Part shown: positions 9,920 through 19,420 of the stretch, piece by piece | Position numbering within the stretch: the stretch's first letter is position 1 | Layout: the number at the start of each line of letters is the position of its first letter | Assembly: GCA_036339375.1 (NCBI GenBank) | Contig: JAYZBC010000078.1 | Coordinates: 2,167-66,166 of the forward strand | From: Pseudomonadota bacterium | GTDB taxonomy: Bacteria > Pseudomonadota > Alphaproteobacteria > MPNO01 > UBA2964 | DNA: 64,000 nucleotides | Direction: 5' to 3' | The notes under the pieces: model-generated | What the model was told of the DNA's origin: nothing | What the model saw: only the letters and a program-made list of their open reading frames with translations | The model's database searches: none | Position numbers and translations under genes: made by a program

Positions 9920-10813
9920 ATGCCAATGAATGAACGAAAGTTCATAGATGTTGATGGAATCAGCACCTGTTATTATGAACAAGGTGAAGGCCCAATTTTA
10001 GTCTTGTTTCACGGTGGTAATTTTGGCTCCAATGACGCCGCGGATTGTGCTCTCGACTGGGCTTTGAATTTTGATGAACTTTCAGAGAAATATCGTGTAT
10101 TTGCGATCGATAAAATTGGGCAGGGTTATACTGCCAACCCGAAAAATGATGGGGATTATACAATGGCAGAGGTAGTCCGGCATGCTTGCTCTACCCTCGA
10201 TGCCTTGCAAATTCAGAATGCCCATCTTGCCGGCCATTCAAGGGGTGGTTACCTAACTTGCCGAATGACAATGGATAGACCCGATTTAGTCAAAACTTGT
10301 ACAATCATTGACAGCAACAGCTGTGCGCCCGGCATTGGTTTAAATGAGATAGTACTAGCTAACCCACCGGAACCCCGTTTAACCCCGGAGAGTCAAAGAT
10401 GGGTTTTAGAACATTACTCTTATGGTACAAAGCATGTCACCAATGAATGGGTGGACGCATTGGTCGAAGTTGGAAAGCAGAATAGTTATCGGGAAGCTTG
10501 CCATAAAATGGCATCCTCTGGAGATGGATTGCGTCACACTCTTTTTTTGCCACAACTTGCAAAAGATAAAATCAATATGTTTGCCTGGATTCGTGATCAG
10601 GGAATGGATAGACCCACCCAACTGATATGGGGTTATAACGACCCAACAGCGACTATCGAACAAGGTCGCGCTCTATATGAATTAATCTCAGCACGCGAAC
10701 GTCAGGCCCAATTCAATATTTTTAATGAATCGGGCCATTTCACCTTTCGAGAACATCCCCCCGCATTTAATGCGTGCTTAAACGCTTTTATTGAAGGAAC
10801 AAACGGAAATTAA
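9920..10813 (+). CDS. Alpha/beta hydrolase, meta-cleavage-product (C-C bond) hydrolase-like (paralog 1 of 3)
   Basis: Has an HGGNFGS oxyanion region, a GHSRGG nucleophile elbow and a C-terminal ESGHF..E catalytic His. The layout resembles MhpC/BphD-type hydrolases. Confidence 0.65.
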   Translation: MPMNERKFIDVDGISTCYYEQGEGPILVLFHGGNFGSNDAADCALDWALNFDELSEKYRVFAIDKIGQGYTANPKNDGDYTMAEVVRHACSTLDALQIQNAHLAGHSRGGYLTCRMTMDRPDLVKTCTIIDSNSCAPGIGLNEIVLANPPEPRLTPESQRWVLEHYSYGTKHVTNEWVDALVEVGKQNSYREACHKMASSGDGLRHTLFLPQLAKDKINMFAWIRDQGMDRPTQLIWGYNDPTATIEQGRALYELISARERQAQFNIFNESGHFTFREHPPAFNACLNAFIEGTNGN

Positions 10814-10822
10814 AGGAAAATA

Positions 10823-11704
10823 ATGATGACGATAGAGGGCGAAAAGTTTGTTGACGTAAATGGCGTAAAAACCCGTTATATCCATAAGGGTAGCGGGCCA
10901 AATTGTATCCTCATCCACGGGGGAAATTTTGGCTCAACTACAAGTGCTGATGCAATTGAAGACTGGGGCCAAACTATTGATGACATCGCTAGTTGGGCTT
11001 CTGTTTTCGCTTTTGATAAGCTAGGGCAAGGATATACTGACAACCCGAAAGTAGATGACGACTACACGATGGAGGCCGTGGTTGAACATGCCTACCACAC
11101 AATTCGTACCCTCGGTATAGAAAGTGCACATTTGATAGGCCATTCAAGAGGTGGTTACCTGACCTGCCGTTTAACTGTTGAACACCCCGAAATGGCACTT
11201 TCTTGTATAATCGTAAACAGTAACACCTGTGCACCAGGGACAGGAACGAATGAAATGGTTTTCGCTAACAGGCCGGGTATAGCTCTAACCAAAGAAAGCC
11301 AGAAGTGGATCCTTGAACGTTATTCTTACAGCTCCGAATGTATTTCGGAAGAATGGCTGGATGCTCTAGTAAAAATAGCCCAACAACAAAAATATGCAGA
11401 ATCTATAGATAAAATGAATAACCAGGGTTTGTTATGGACTAAGTTTTTACCGGGTTTACAAACAGATAAGGAAGACATGTACCAAGTTTTGCAGAGCCGG
11501 GGCATACAACGGCCGGTTTTACAAGTTTGGAGTCATGATGATCCTACAGTTTCCCATGCACAAGCGTTTGAGTTGTATCGTATGCTTGCCGGCAAAGAAC
11601 GTCGTGCACGTTGGCAAATGTTTAACCAAGCGGGACACTTTAGTTTTCGTGAACAACCTAAAAGATTTAATGAGACTGTCCGCAGTTTTATCAACAGCTA
11701 CTGA
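10823..11704 (+). CDS. Alpha/beta hydrolase, meta-cleavage-product hydrolase-like (paralog 2)
   Basis: Carries the same motif set as paralog 1 and starts 9 bp after it. Confidence 0.65.
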   Translation: MMTIEGEKFVDVNGVKTRYIHKGSGPNCILIHGGNFGSTTSADAIEDWGQTIDDIASWASVFAFDKLGQGYTDNPKVDDDYTMEAVVEHAYHTIRTLGIESAHLIGHSRGGYLTCRLTVEHPEMALSCIIVNSNTCAPGTGTNEMVFANRPGIALTKESQKWILERYSYSSECISEEWLDALVKIAQQQKYAESIDKMNNQGLLWTKFLPGLQTDKEDMYQVLQSRGIQRPVLQVWSHDDPTVSHAQAFELYRMLAGKERRARWQMFNQAGHFSFREQPKRFNETVRSFINSY

Positions 11705-11718
11705 TAGGAAAACAAGAA

Positions 11719-12597
11719 ATGGATTTCACTAAAGCAAAATTTGTCGATGTTAAAGGTGTCAGAACACGTTATTTTGAAGAGGGAGAAGGCAAAACTGTCA
11801 TACTATTGCATGGCGGGAATTTTGGTTCTCCCCACGGAGGAAATTGTGCAGCCGATTGGAATTTAAATTTTGATGGCCTTGCAAAGGAATGCCATGTAAT
11901 CGCTTTAGATAAAATTGGTCAGGGTTATACAGACAATCCCAAGACAGATGAAGAGTATACTATGTCAACTGTTGTACAGCACGCATTGAATTTTTTGGAA
12001 GTTTTGGACCTGGGGGACTGTCATCTTGTCGGACATTCTCGTGGTGCTTATTTATCCTGCCGCATGACATTGGAAGACCCTTCCCGAATCAAGGCAAATA
12101 TTATGGTTGATACATCTACACTTGGGCCTGGCCAGGGGAGAAACCACATCGTCTTTACTGACACCCCAAAACCGTTTCTGAGCCGAGAAAGCCAGAGGTG
12201 GGTCATGGAGAAGTATTCCTATAATCCAAAATGTGTAACAGAAGATTGGTTAGACGAGCTCATGAGAGTAGCTTCACTTCCGAAATATTTAGAGTCTGTC
12301 GATAAAATGGAAAGACAGGGTTTTTTGAAAAAAATATTTTTACCCAACCATGGACGCGAAAAAGCAGACACTTTTGACAGGCTTATGGAACACGGTACGA
12401 CTCGTCCCAATCTTTTGATTTGGGGAAATAACGACCCTACAGCAACAATCGATCAAGGCTTTGTGCTTCTTGACATGCTACGTCACAAAGAACCGCGCAC
12501 CGAAATGCATGTTTTTAATGAATCCGGGCATTTTACGTATCGTGAGCATCCTGAAGCTTTTAATAGATTTTTATTAGATTACGTCAATGGCCTTTAG
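11719..12597 (+). CDS. Alpha/beta hydrolase, meta-cleavage-product hydrolase-like (paralog 3)
   Basis: Has GHSRGAYLSCR and ESGHFTYREHP motifs and starts 14 bp after paralog 2. Confidence 0.65.
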   Translation: MDFTKAKFVDVKGVRTRYFEEGEGKTVILLHGGNFGSPHGGNCAADWNLNFDGLAKECHVIALDKIGQGYTDNPKTDEEYTMSTVVQHALNFLEVLDLGDCHLVGHSRGAYLSCRMTLEDPSRIKANIMVDTSTLGPGQGRNHIVFTDTPKPFLSRESQRWVMEKYSYNPKCVTEDWLDELMRVASLPKYLESVDKMERQGFLKKIFLPNHGREKADTFDRLMEHGTTRPNLLIWGNNDPTATIDQGFVLLDMLRHKEPRTEMHVFNESGHFTYREHPEAFNRFLLDYVNGL

Positions 12598-12648
12598 GTT
12601 CAATCACCGAGAATTTTACACCTTTTAGGGACAAAATCGCTTTTAGTT

Positions 12649-14013
12649 TTACTCTTTCTCTTTAGCCAAAAGCTTTTTTGTCATCCAAAGCCCAATATTT
12701 CCGAGTGTATAATCATGATGTTTGCTGCCCAAAAGTTGAATTCCCATCGGTAGACCACGATCCTCAAGTAGCGGCAGGTTCCAGGCTGGCGCTTCTAAAC
12801 AAGACGATGGATCACCAAAAACTGAACTGCCTGTATTATCCCCCAAGGGTGCCCTCGTCGGTGTTGAGAGTGTTATAAAGCCATCTGAAAGCCCATTTAA
12901 TTTATCAAAGGCTTCTCGGATTTCTTGGAGAGAAGATAAAGTTTCTCGATAATCGTTCAGCGACATACTTTCTGCGATTTCAAAACGGGCTTTAAGCTCC
13001 CTTTCGATTTGATTTCCTCCTTTGTCACGTAATAAAAGTGCGGGCCATTGTATTTCCCACGCCGATAGACGGGACTGAAAATCGGGAATGGTGGTTAAAA
13101 GGGACTCAAAGTTATCAATCTCTTTATTGTTGTAACGGGACAAAATTTTTACACCATTTTCACGCAGCCTTTGTATAAATGTTTCAAATTTCTTTTTTAT
13201 TGGTTTTTCAGTAGTAGCCCAGCCCGCTGTTTCCAAACGAATAAGTTGATTTGGTTTCTCAATTTTGAGATTTGGTTCACCATATAGTCCCGGATAACCT
13301 GGATCACCCCCAACCGTCTCTGCAATCTGGTAGGCGGAGCGCCAACAATCAATCAAATTGCTACTATGAATTCCTAGAACACTATAACTAGGTGACCGCC
13401 ACAACATTCCACCAGAATGAAGTGCACCAAAGGTGGGTTTTAGAGCAAAATTCCCGCAAAAACTGGCTGGTCTTAAAATTGATCCACGCCCTTGATTACC
13501 AATCGCTAAAGGTAACATTCCAGCCCCTATTGCTGCAGCCGTACCTGAAGACGAACCGCCCGGACTACGTGCCAAGTCAAAGGGGTTTTTTGTGCTAGCA
13601 GGGGTCCCAGATCCTAACTCAGGTAAAGTCGTTTTCCCTATTAAAATTGCCCCATTTTTCTTTAGGGCATAAACGCAAGCAGCATCAAACTTATGTCTAG
13701 TCCCTTTCAGAAGGGGGCTATTTAATTCCGTTGGAAAGTCAGCGGTTTGAAATAAGTCTTTTACCGCAAATGGCATACCGTCAACTGGTGACAAAGGGTG
13801 CCCATCAGAATATCTTTGGGTTGAAAGATCGGCAAGTATCCGAGCTTTTTCCTGGTCCATCGTCACAAAAGCTTGTACATGGGGCTCTTTTTCTGAGATT
13901 ATTTCCAGGCAACGTTCGAGAAAAAAACGGGGATTATCGTTGCCGCTCAAAAATTTCGGCAAAGCGTCATAAAACGAACAAAGCTTACCCTGTTTGGGAT
14001 CGTATTTAACCAT
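12649..14013 (-). CDS. Amidase signature (AS) family amidase
   Basis: Contains the GGSSSGTAAAIGAG amidase-signature motif with a Ser-cisSer-Lys layout. Confidence 0.8.
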   Translation of the reverse strand: MVKYDPKQGKLCSFYDALPKFLSGNDNPRFFLERCLEIISEKEPHVQAFVTMDQEKARILADLSTQRYSDGHPLSPVDGMPFAVKDLFQTADFPTELNSPLLKGTRHKFDAACVYALKKNGAILIGKTTLPELGSGTPASTKNPFDLARSPGGSSSGTAAAIGAGMLPLAIGNQGRGSILRPASFCGNFALKPTFGALHSGGMLWRSPSYSVLGIHSSNLIDCWRSAYQIAETVGGDPGYPGLYGEPNLKIEKPNQLIRLETAGWATTEKPIKKKFETFIQRLRENGVKILSRYNNKEIDNFESLLTTIPDFQSRLSAWEIQWPALLLRDKGGNQIERELKARFEIAESMSLNDYRETLSSLQEIREAFDKLNGLSDGFITLSTPTRAPLGDNTGSSVFGDPSSCLEAPAWNLPLLEDRGLPMGIQLLGSKHHDYTLGNIGLWMTKKLLAKEKE

Positions 14014-14129
14014 AGAAATTATTGAAATTCCGTGTCCACAACAAAAAAACTCTTTTAGGTTTAGAAAAGTATTCTAGGTGGCTAGAAGAGGCAACTTAAA
14101 CCAAATCAAGTAAATAAAAATGGAAGAAC

Positions 14130-15443
14130 ATGTCTAAATCCGGTAATTGGGAACCGCCAAAAACTTTGGACAAAAAAGAACTTATTTCACTATCAAATAC
14201 GGTTCTAAACAACCAAACTAAGGCCTTTGAAAAAAAAGAGCACATTTTCAGAATTGAAACTCTTGAAATGATTTGGGACGTGGGCGTAATGGTCTATGAA
14301 CCTTCAAACCCAAATCACATTCCCAAAGACGCTCACGGAAAAAAAGTGGGAATCTTTGTGTTACCGGGTGGCTCAGGGGACTACCGTGCAATGGAGCCCC
14401 TTACAAATTTATTAGTACAAAAATTGGGGTATCGGGTGGCCACAATGACCTACCCGGGAAGGCTTTACCTTAACGAAGAAAACAGAGATTGGCCGGGTGA
14501 TACTTTTAACTCAGACGGTACTGTTCGCACGCCTATTTGGCAAAAAGGAGAAGAAATACAACCCGAAGAGTATGAAGTTATAATCGATGAAAGTTTGCGT
14601 TCTCGTTACGGTAGACGAATGGTCGCACGCGCGAAACCAGGAACGAATTTTTATAATCGTATGGCCGCCTGGCCTGTTGCTTTTGAAGACGCCATGAAGA
14701 CAGTTTGCCAAAGACATTTTCCTAAGGGCGACTTTTCAATTTATGTACATGGCCATTCGACTGGAGGCCCTTTTGTTCACATGCTTACCCAACGTGTAGA
14801 CAATATTAGAGGTGTCGTTGGCATTGAAAATTCACCTTTCGGATACATATATCAAAAAATGGTGGGTTATGAGTGGAAAGGCCCTTTCAATGACCTTCTT
14901 ATCCGCACTTGGCGGGACATCGCTCGTTATCGTGGTGCTGAAGTACGTAGTCAAGAAGGAGAAGAAGGCCTGATGCGTTTACCGTGGATTATTGAGGATG
15001 TAATGGAGGATTGGCAAAAAGTTCTCACGCAACCCCAATTTAAAGCCGAATATCCATTACACTACGCTGCCACCCATACCATGGAAGCCGCCGCAAATGC
15101 TGTGGCTACACGCCTTCAATTTAATGAAAATCAAACAAAAAACCTTGTCTCAAACTATCAAGGGTATTGTCGCGAATTAACCGGTGCCGGAATCAAATCA
15201 GTACCGCCTATTTTACTCGCAATTTGCAAACACAGTCGTGATCATACCAGAAAAGTTTACGACGAAATTGTTTTGCCTATGTTTGCAAAAATGGTTCCCG
15301 CTCCAAAGGTTCGGGTTATAAAATTGGGAACAGGGACACACCATTACGAATATCCTGAACCCGGTTTATCAGAAGGTTTGGTCGCCCCTATTATTGCAAT
15401 TTGGCATCAAGCCATCACTAATGGTTATTATCTCACTAATTGA
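14130..15443 (+). CDS. Hypothetical alpha/beta-fold hydrolase (GHSTGG nucleophile elbow), function unknown
   Basis: A 437-aa protein with a GxSxG motif (VHGHSTGGP). I do not recognise the family. Confidence 0.45.
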   Translation: MSKSGNWEPPKTLDKKELISLSNTVLNNQTKAFEKKEHIFRIETLEMIWDVGVMVYEPSNPNHIPKDAHGKKVGIFVLPGGSGDYRAMEPLTNLLVQKLGYRVATMTYPGRLYLNEENRDWPGDTFNSDGTVRTPIWQKGEEIQPEEYEVIIDESLRSRYGRRMVARAKPGTNFYNRMAAWPVAFEDAMKTVCQRHFPKGDFSIYVHGHSTGGPFVHMLTQRVDNIRGVVGIENSPFGYIYQKMVGYEWKGPFNDLLIRTWRDIARYRGAEVRSQEGEEGLMRLPWIIEDVMEDWQKVLTQPQFKAEYPLHYAATHTMEAAANAVATRLQFNENQTKNLVSNYQGYCRELTGAGIKSVPPILLAICKHSRDHTRKVYDEIVLPMFAKMVPAPKVRVIKLGTGTHHYEYPEPGLSEGLVAPIIAIWHQAITNGYYLTN

Positions 15444-15594
15444 TAAATTAATTTTGGTGGCAAATTTTATTTTTTAATAATCTATAATTGAGGCGAAAAA
15501 GTTAAACAAAGGGCATACCAACAAATGTTTCCCGACTCATTAATATCTGGTACACCAAGTTAAAGTGTTTTACGGCGATAATGAATAGGCAGTT

Positions 15595-16899
15595 TTGATG
15601 ATCCCCCGTTACAGCCGTCCTGAAATGTCAAACATTTGGGAACCCGAAAATCGGTTTCGAATTTGGTTTGAAATTGAGGCTCACGCTTGTGATGCACAAG
15701 TTCAGCTTGGTATAATTCCTGAAAAATCTGCCTCTGCAATTTGGGAAAAAGGACGTTGGGAAATCGCTCGGATTGATGAAATTGAGAAAGAAACAAAACA
15801 CGATGTAATAGCATTTTTAACTAATGTAGCAGAACACGTTGGTGAAGATGCTCGATTTATACACCAGGGTATGACTTCTTCGGACGTATTAGATACTTGT
15901 TTATCTGTTCAGCTCTCTCAAGCTGCCGATATTCTCATTGATGATACACAAAAACTGCTAACAGCACTTAAAACCCGCGCATTGGAGCATAAAGAAACTA
16001 TTTGCATTGGTAGAAGTCACGCAATTCATGCGGAGCCAACAACCTTTGGTCTCAAATTGGCTAGCCACTACGCTGAATTCGAACGAGATTTGGGCAGATT
16101 AAAAGCAGCTAGAAATGAAATTGCGAGTATTGCCATTTCAGGTGCTGTCGGGACTTTCGCTAACATAGATCCTTTCGTTGAAAAGTATGTTGCAGAGAAA
16201 ATGGGCTTAACACCTGAACCTGTATCAACGCAGATTATTCCAAGAGACAGACACGCAATGTTTTTTGCTACTTTAGGCATAGTTTCTAGTTCATTGGAAA
16301 GACTAGCTATTGAGATCCGCCATTTGCAGAGAACAGAACTACGTGAAGTAGAAGAATTTTTTGCCCCAGGGCAAAAGGGCTCTTCAGCTATGCCGCACAA
16401 ACGGAACCCCGTTCTAACTGAAAATATAACTGGACTTGCGCGGATCGTGCGCTCAGCAGTGGCGCCTGCGATGGAAAATATAGCTTTATGGCATGAGCGC
16501 GATATATCTCATTCTTCCGTAGAACGGGTGATAGGGCCGGATACAACGGTAGCCCTTGATTTTTCCTTAGCCCGCATGACGGGAGTCATAGAAAAACTCA
16601 TCGTCTACCCCAAAATGATGAAAAAAAATTTGGAGGCTTTGGGTGGGTTGGTTTTTTCTCAACGAGTACTATTGGCCCTTACTCAATTGGGGATGAGCCG
16701 AGAAGATGCTTATGAAACGGTCCAAAAAAATGCAATGAAGGTATGGAAAGACGGAACGAGCTTTCTAACTCAACTTCAAAAGGACAAACAAATCAGAAAG
16801 TTGATTGCAGCAAAAGACCTTGCAGCTTTATTTGATCTTAAATATCACACCAAGAATATTAATCAAATTTTTGAAAGAGTTTTTAACACCAAAGAATAA
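15595..16899 (+). CDS. purB: Adenylosuccinate lyase
   Basis: The N-terminus MIPRYSRPEM and the fumarate-lyase signature GSSAMPHKRNP are both present. Confidence 0.9.
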   Translation: MMIPRYSRPEMSNIWEPENRFRIWFEIEAHACDAQVQLGIIPEKSASAIWEKGRWEIARIDEIEKETKHDVIAFLTNVAEHVGEDARFIHQGMTSSDVLDTCLSVQLSQAADILIDDTQKLLTALKTRALEHKETICIGRSHAIHAEPTTFGLKLASHYAEFERDLGRLKAARNEIASIAISGAVGTFANIDPFVEKYVAEKMGLTPEPVSTQIIPRDRHAMFFATLGIVSSSLERLAIEIRHLQRTELREVEEFFAPGQKGSSAMPHKRNPVLTENITGLARIVRSAVAPAMENIALWHERDISHSSVERVIGPDTTVALDFSLARMTGVIEKLIVYPKMMKKNLEALGGLVFSQRVLLALTQLGMSREDAYETVQKNAMKVWKDGTSFLTQLQKDKQIRKLIAAKDLAALFDLKYHTKNINQIFERVFNTKE

Positions 16900-17027
16900 A
16901 CTAGATTTTATGTGAATACCTTTGACTTAACGTAATTTAAGGCACTTTTTATTCAAAAATGTCGGATAATTGGGACTCTAACAGCGGTCCAGAGAAAATT
17001 CTGCTTGTTTTAAAGTACCAAAAAAAA

Positions 17028-17357
17028 TTAGGATCTTTCACTTTCTATTTGGCCACGAGCTGTGTCGCCCAGAATTTCCATTTGTCTGCGCAGTGATTGT
17101 TCTGAAATTTCAAAACCTTTATTGGAAAGATCACCCATTACTTTTCTGACAACATCGGCATCTCCAGGCTCTTCAAAATCCGCGACTACAACTTCTGAGG
17201 CGTAAGCTTGGGCAGCCTCCTCATTTAGCCCCATTTGTTCTGCAGCCCAAAGCCCTAAGAGTTTATTTCGTCGAGCAGTGATTTTGAACAGCATTTCCTG
17301 ATCATGCTGATATTTTGCTTCATACCCTTTTTCGCGATCCTTAAATCCTTCATTCAT
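17028..17357 (-). CDS. DUF1476 protein; alphaproteobacterial F1Fo-ATPase inhibitor zeta subunit family
   Basis: The internal-Met start gives MNEGFKDREKGYEAKYQHDQEMLFKI, a typical DUF1476 N-terminus. The upstream in-frame ATG at 17375 is the alternative start. Confidence 0.65.
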   Translation of the reverse strand: MNEGFKDREKGYEAKYQHDQEMLFKITARRNKLLGLWAAEQMGLNEEAAQAYASEVVVADFEEPGDADVVRKVMGDLSNKGFEISEQSLRRQMEILGDTARGQIESERS

Positions 17358-17468
17358 CTGCAACACCTGTAGCACACGAGATTTTAAAATTTATATTAAA
17401 CAAAGATGTAAGAAAAAAATTTGATTTTTCAACCCAAGTTTATTAAATCAATGAATTTAAAATGAAAT

Positions 17469-18266
17469 ATGTCCTTTACACTGATCTCACAACCAAGTCA
17501 TAAACAAGCTCTTATGTGTACAGCTGTATTCTTGCGTCAACCGGAGAAAAAGTGGCCAATCATCATTGCTTGCAACCGCGATGAAATGTTAGACCGGCCT
17601 TCAAAAAATCCCGGGCGGCATTGGCCAGATCGACCAGACGTGACCGCTGGTATGGATGAGTTAGCTGGGGGTTCTTGGTTAGGAATTAATGACGATGGTG
17701 TAGTATCAGGGATCCTGAATAGAAAAGGGTCTTTAGGGACAGACAAGTTTTTACGAACAAGGGGTGAGCTGGTACTTGAAGCACTAACCCATAGCGACGC
17801 TAAAGAAGCAGCAGAAGCACTTTCCTACATCAATCCATCAGCTTACCGAAGTTTTAACTTGTTTGTTGCTGACAATAGGGATGCTTTTTGGCTAAGAAAT
17901 CAGGATTCAGAAAAAAAGATAGACCTATTTGAAATACCTGTTGGACTATCGATGCTAACCAATGACAACTTAAATTCCAAAAGTTCTGATCGTATACAAT
18001 ATTTTCTTCCAAAATTTGGGAATTCAAGAACACCAGATCCAGATAAAAATTTATGGAAAGACTGGGAAAACCTTTTATCATCAAAAAATGGGGGACCTAA
18101 AGCCGGTCCCGAAGAAGCAATGTTTATTGTCACTAAAACAGGATTTGGAACCTTATCTTCTAGTTTTCTAGCATTGGAATCAGGAGATGCGCTTCAACCG
18201 AAAAAAATTTGGCGCTTTGCAAATCACACAGATAATTCGGAAAAATATTTCTCGGTTGAAATATAA
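17469..18266 (+). CDS. NRDE family protein (DUF833)
   Basis: The IIIACNRDE motif defines the family. Confidence 0.65.
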   Translation: MSFTLISQPSHKQALMCTAVFLRQPEKKWPIIIACNRDEMLDRPSKNPGRHWPDRPDVTAGMDELAGGSWLGINDDGVVSGILNRKGSLGTDKFLRTRGELVLEALTHSDAKEAAEALSYINPSAYRSFNLFVADNRDAFWLRNQDSEKKIDLFEIPVGLSMLTNDNLNSKSSDRIQYFLPKFGNSRTPDPDKNLWKDWENLLSSKNGGPKAGPEEAMFIVTKTGFGTLSSSFLALESGDALQPKKIWRFANHTDNSEKYFSVEI

Positions 18267-18407
18267 CGGAGGAGTCTTTGCGGACCATTGTCCGAGTCTA
18301 GGGGAATTGGTATATGTTGATGAGAAAAAAATGGTCTGAGTATAGTTTACGGGGCAGTCTCACCAAGGCTAGTCTTCAAGGTAAATTATGAAAACTGGAG
18401 GCATTAC

Positions 18408-19049
18408 ATGTCGCAAAGCCTCATCACTCTATGGGGGATTGGCACGCCACGGACCCACCGGCCGCAGTGGCTCGCGCGGGAACTGGGAATAGATTACCAG
18501 CTTAAAAGAATTGGACCTCGCACTGGGCAAACCCTCACCCCGGAATACAAAGCAATAAATCCACGCCACAAAGTCCCGGCAATGACGCACGGTAATTTGG
18601 TACTAACAGAAAGCGTTGCCATTATGATCTATTTAACTGAAGTTTTTCCGACGCCAGAATTTTTCCACGTGCCTCAAACCATTATTTCACGCAATAAGTT
18701 GCTCGAGTGGTGTTTTTTCCTGATGTCGGAAATAGATGCGAATGCACTCTATACCATCCGACGTCACGGCCCCCTGAAAGACATTTATGGAGATTCACCA
18801 GTAGCTGTGACTGCCGCTGGTGAGTATTTTAAGCATCAAATTGACACAATGGAAAAACCCTTAAGAAAAAATGCGGGTAAATTCCTAATGGGAAACCAAA
18901 TTAGTGTTGCTGATATTTTGTTTGTTACGTGCCTAGATAGTGCAATTCGGTATGACCTACCACTACCCGAATACTTAATGGCCTATCACAAAAAACTCAC
19001 AGCACGGTCTGCTTACATAAAAAGTAAAGAAGATAACCACGAAGGGTGA
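18408..19049 (+). CDS. Glutathione S-transferase family protein
   Basis: A 213-aa protein with a thioredoxin-like N-domain followed by a GST C-domain. Confidence 0.6.
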   Translation: MSQSLITLWGIGTPRTHRPQWLARELGIDYQLKRIGPRTGQTLTPEYKAINPRHKVPAMTHGNLVLTESVAIMIYLTEVFPTPEFFHVPQTIISRNKLLEWCFFLMSEIDANALYTIRRHGPLKDIYGDSPVAVTAAGEYFKHQIDTMEKPLRKNAGKFLMGNQISVADILFVTCLDSAIRYDLPLPEYLMAYHKKLTARSAYIKSKEDNHEG

Positions 19050-19177
19050 ATTTTTTAGTAAAGTTTTGTCTGTTGTCAAAAACAATTGGAGTTAATTAAA
19101 ATAAAATCAATTCACGGTTTTTGTATAAAGGTAGTCCGGATGGCCTAACAATGCAGAAACTTAAAAGGAGTGGGAGT

Positions 19178-19420
19178 TTGAAGGTACGCGTACACATTAC
19201 TCTTAAAAAAGGGGTATTGGACCCCCAAGGAAAAGCCATAGCTAACGCATTGATATCCCAAGGATTTTCCGGAATTAATGATGTAAGACAAGGAAAGTTT
19301 TTAGAACTTAACTTGGATGAAATGGAAGTCCAAGCAGCACATGATTTAGTAGACAAAATGTGTACGAAACTATTAGCAAACGTGGTTATAGAAGATTATC
19401 GCATAGATTTGGACATATGA
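19178..19420 (+). CDS. purS: Phosphoribosylformylglycinamidine synthase subunit PurS
   Basis: A TTG start after AAAGGAG gives [18 protein letters not shown], an 80-aa canonical PurS. The ATG at 19121 is the alternative start. Confidence 0.8.
   Translation: MKVRVHITLKKGVLDPQGKAIANALISQGFSGINDVRQGKFLELNLDEMEVQAAHDLVDKMCTKLLANVVIEDYRIDLDI

Noticed and set aside
12598-12648. Bidirectional terminator between the convergent hydrolase paralog 3 and the amidase
   Set aside because: The spacer has a CTTTTAG direct repeat but no stable inverted repeat followed by a T-run. I cannot support a terminator call.
16621-16630. A8 and T8 homopolymers in purB (about 16621) and in VOC paralog B (about 23699)
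   Set aside because: Runs of 8 A or T are expected at this AT content and encode Lys/Phe codons. Unlike the G10 tract, they are not statistically notable.
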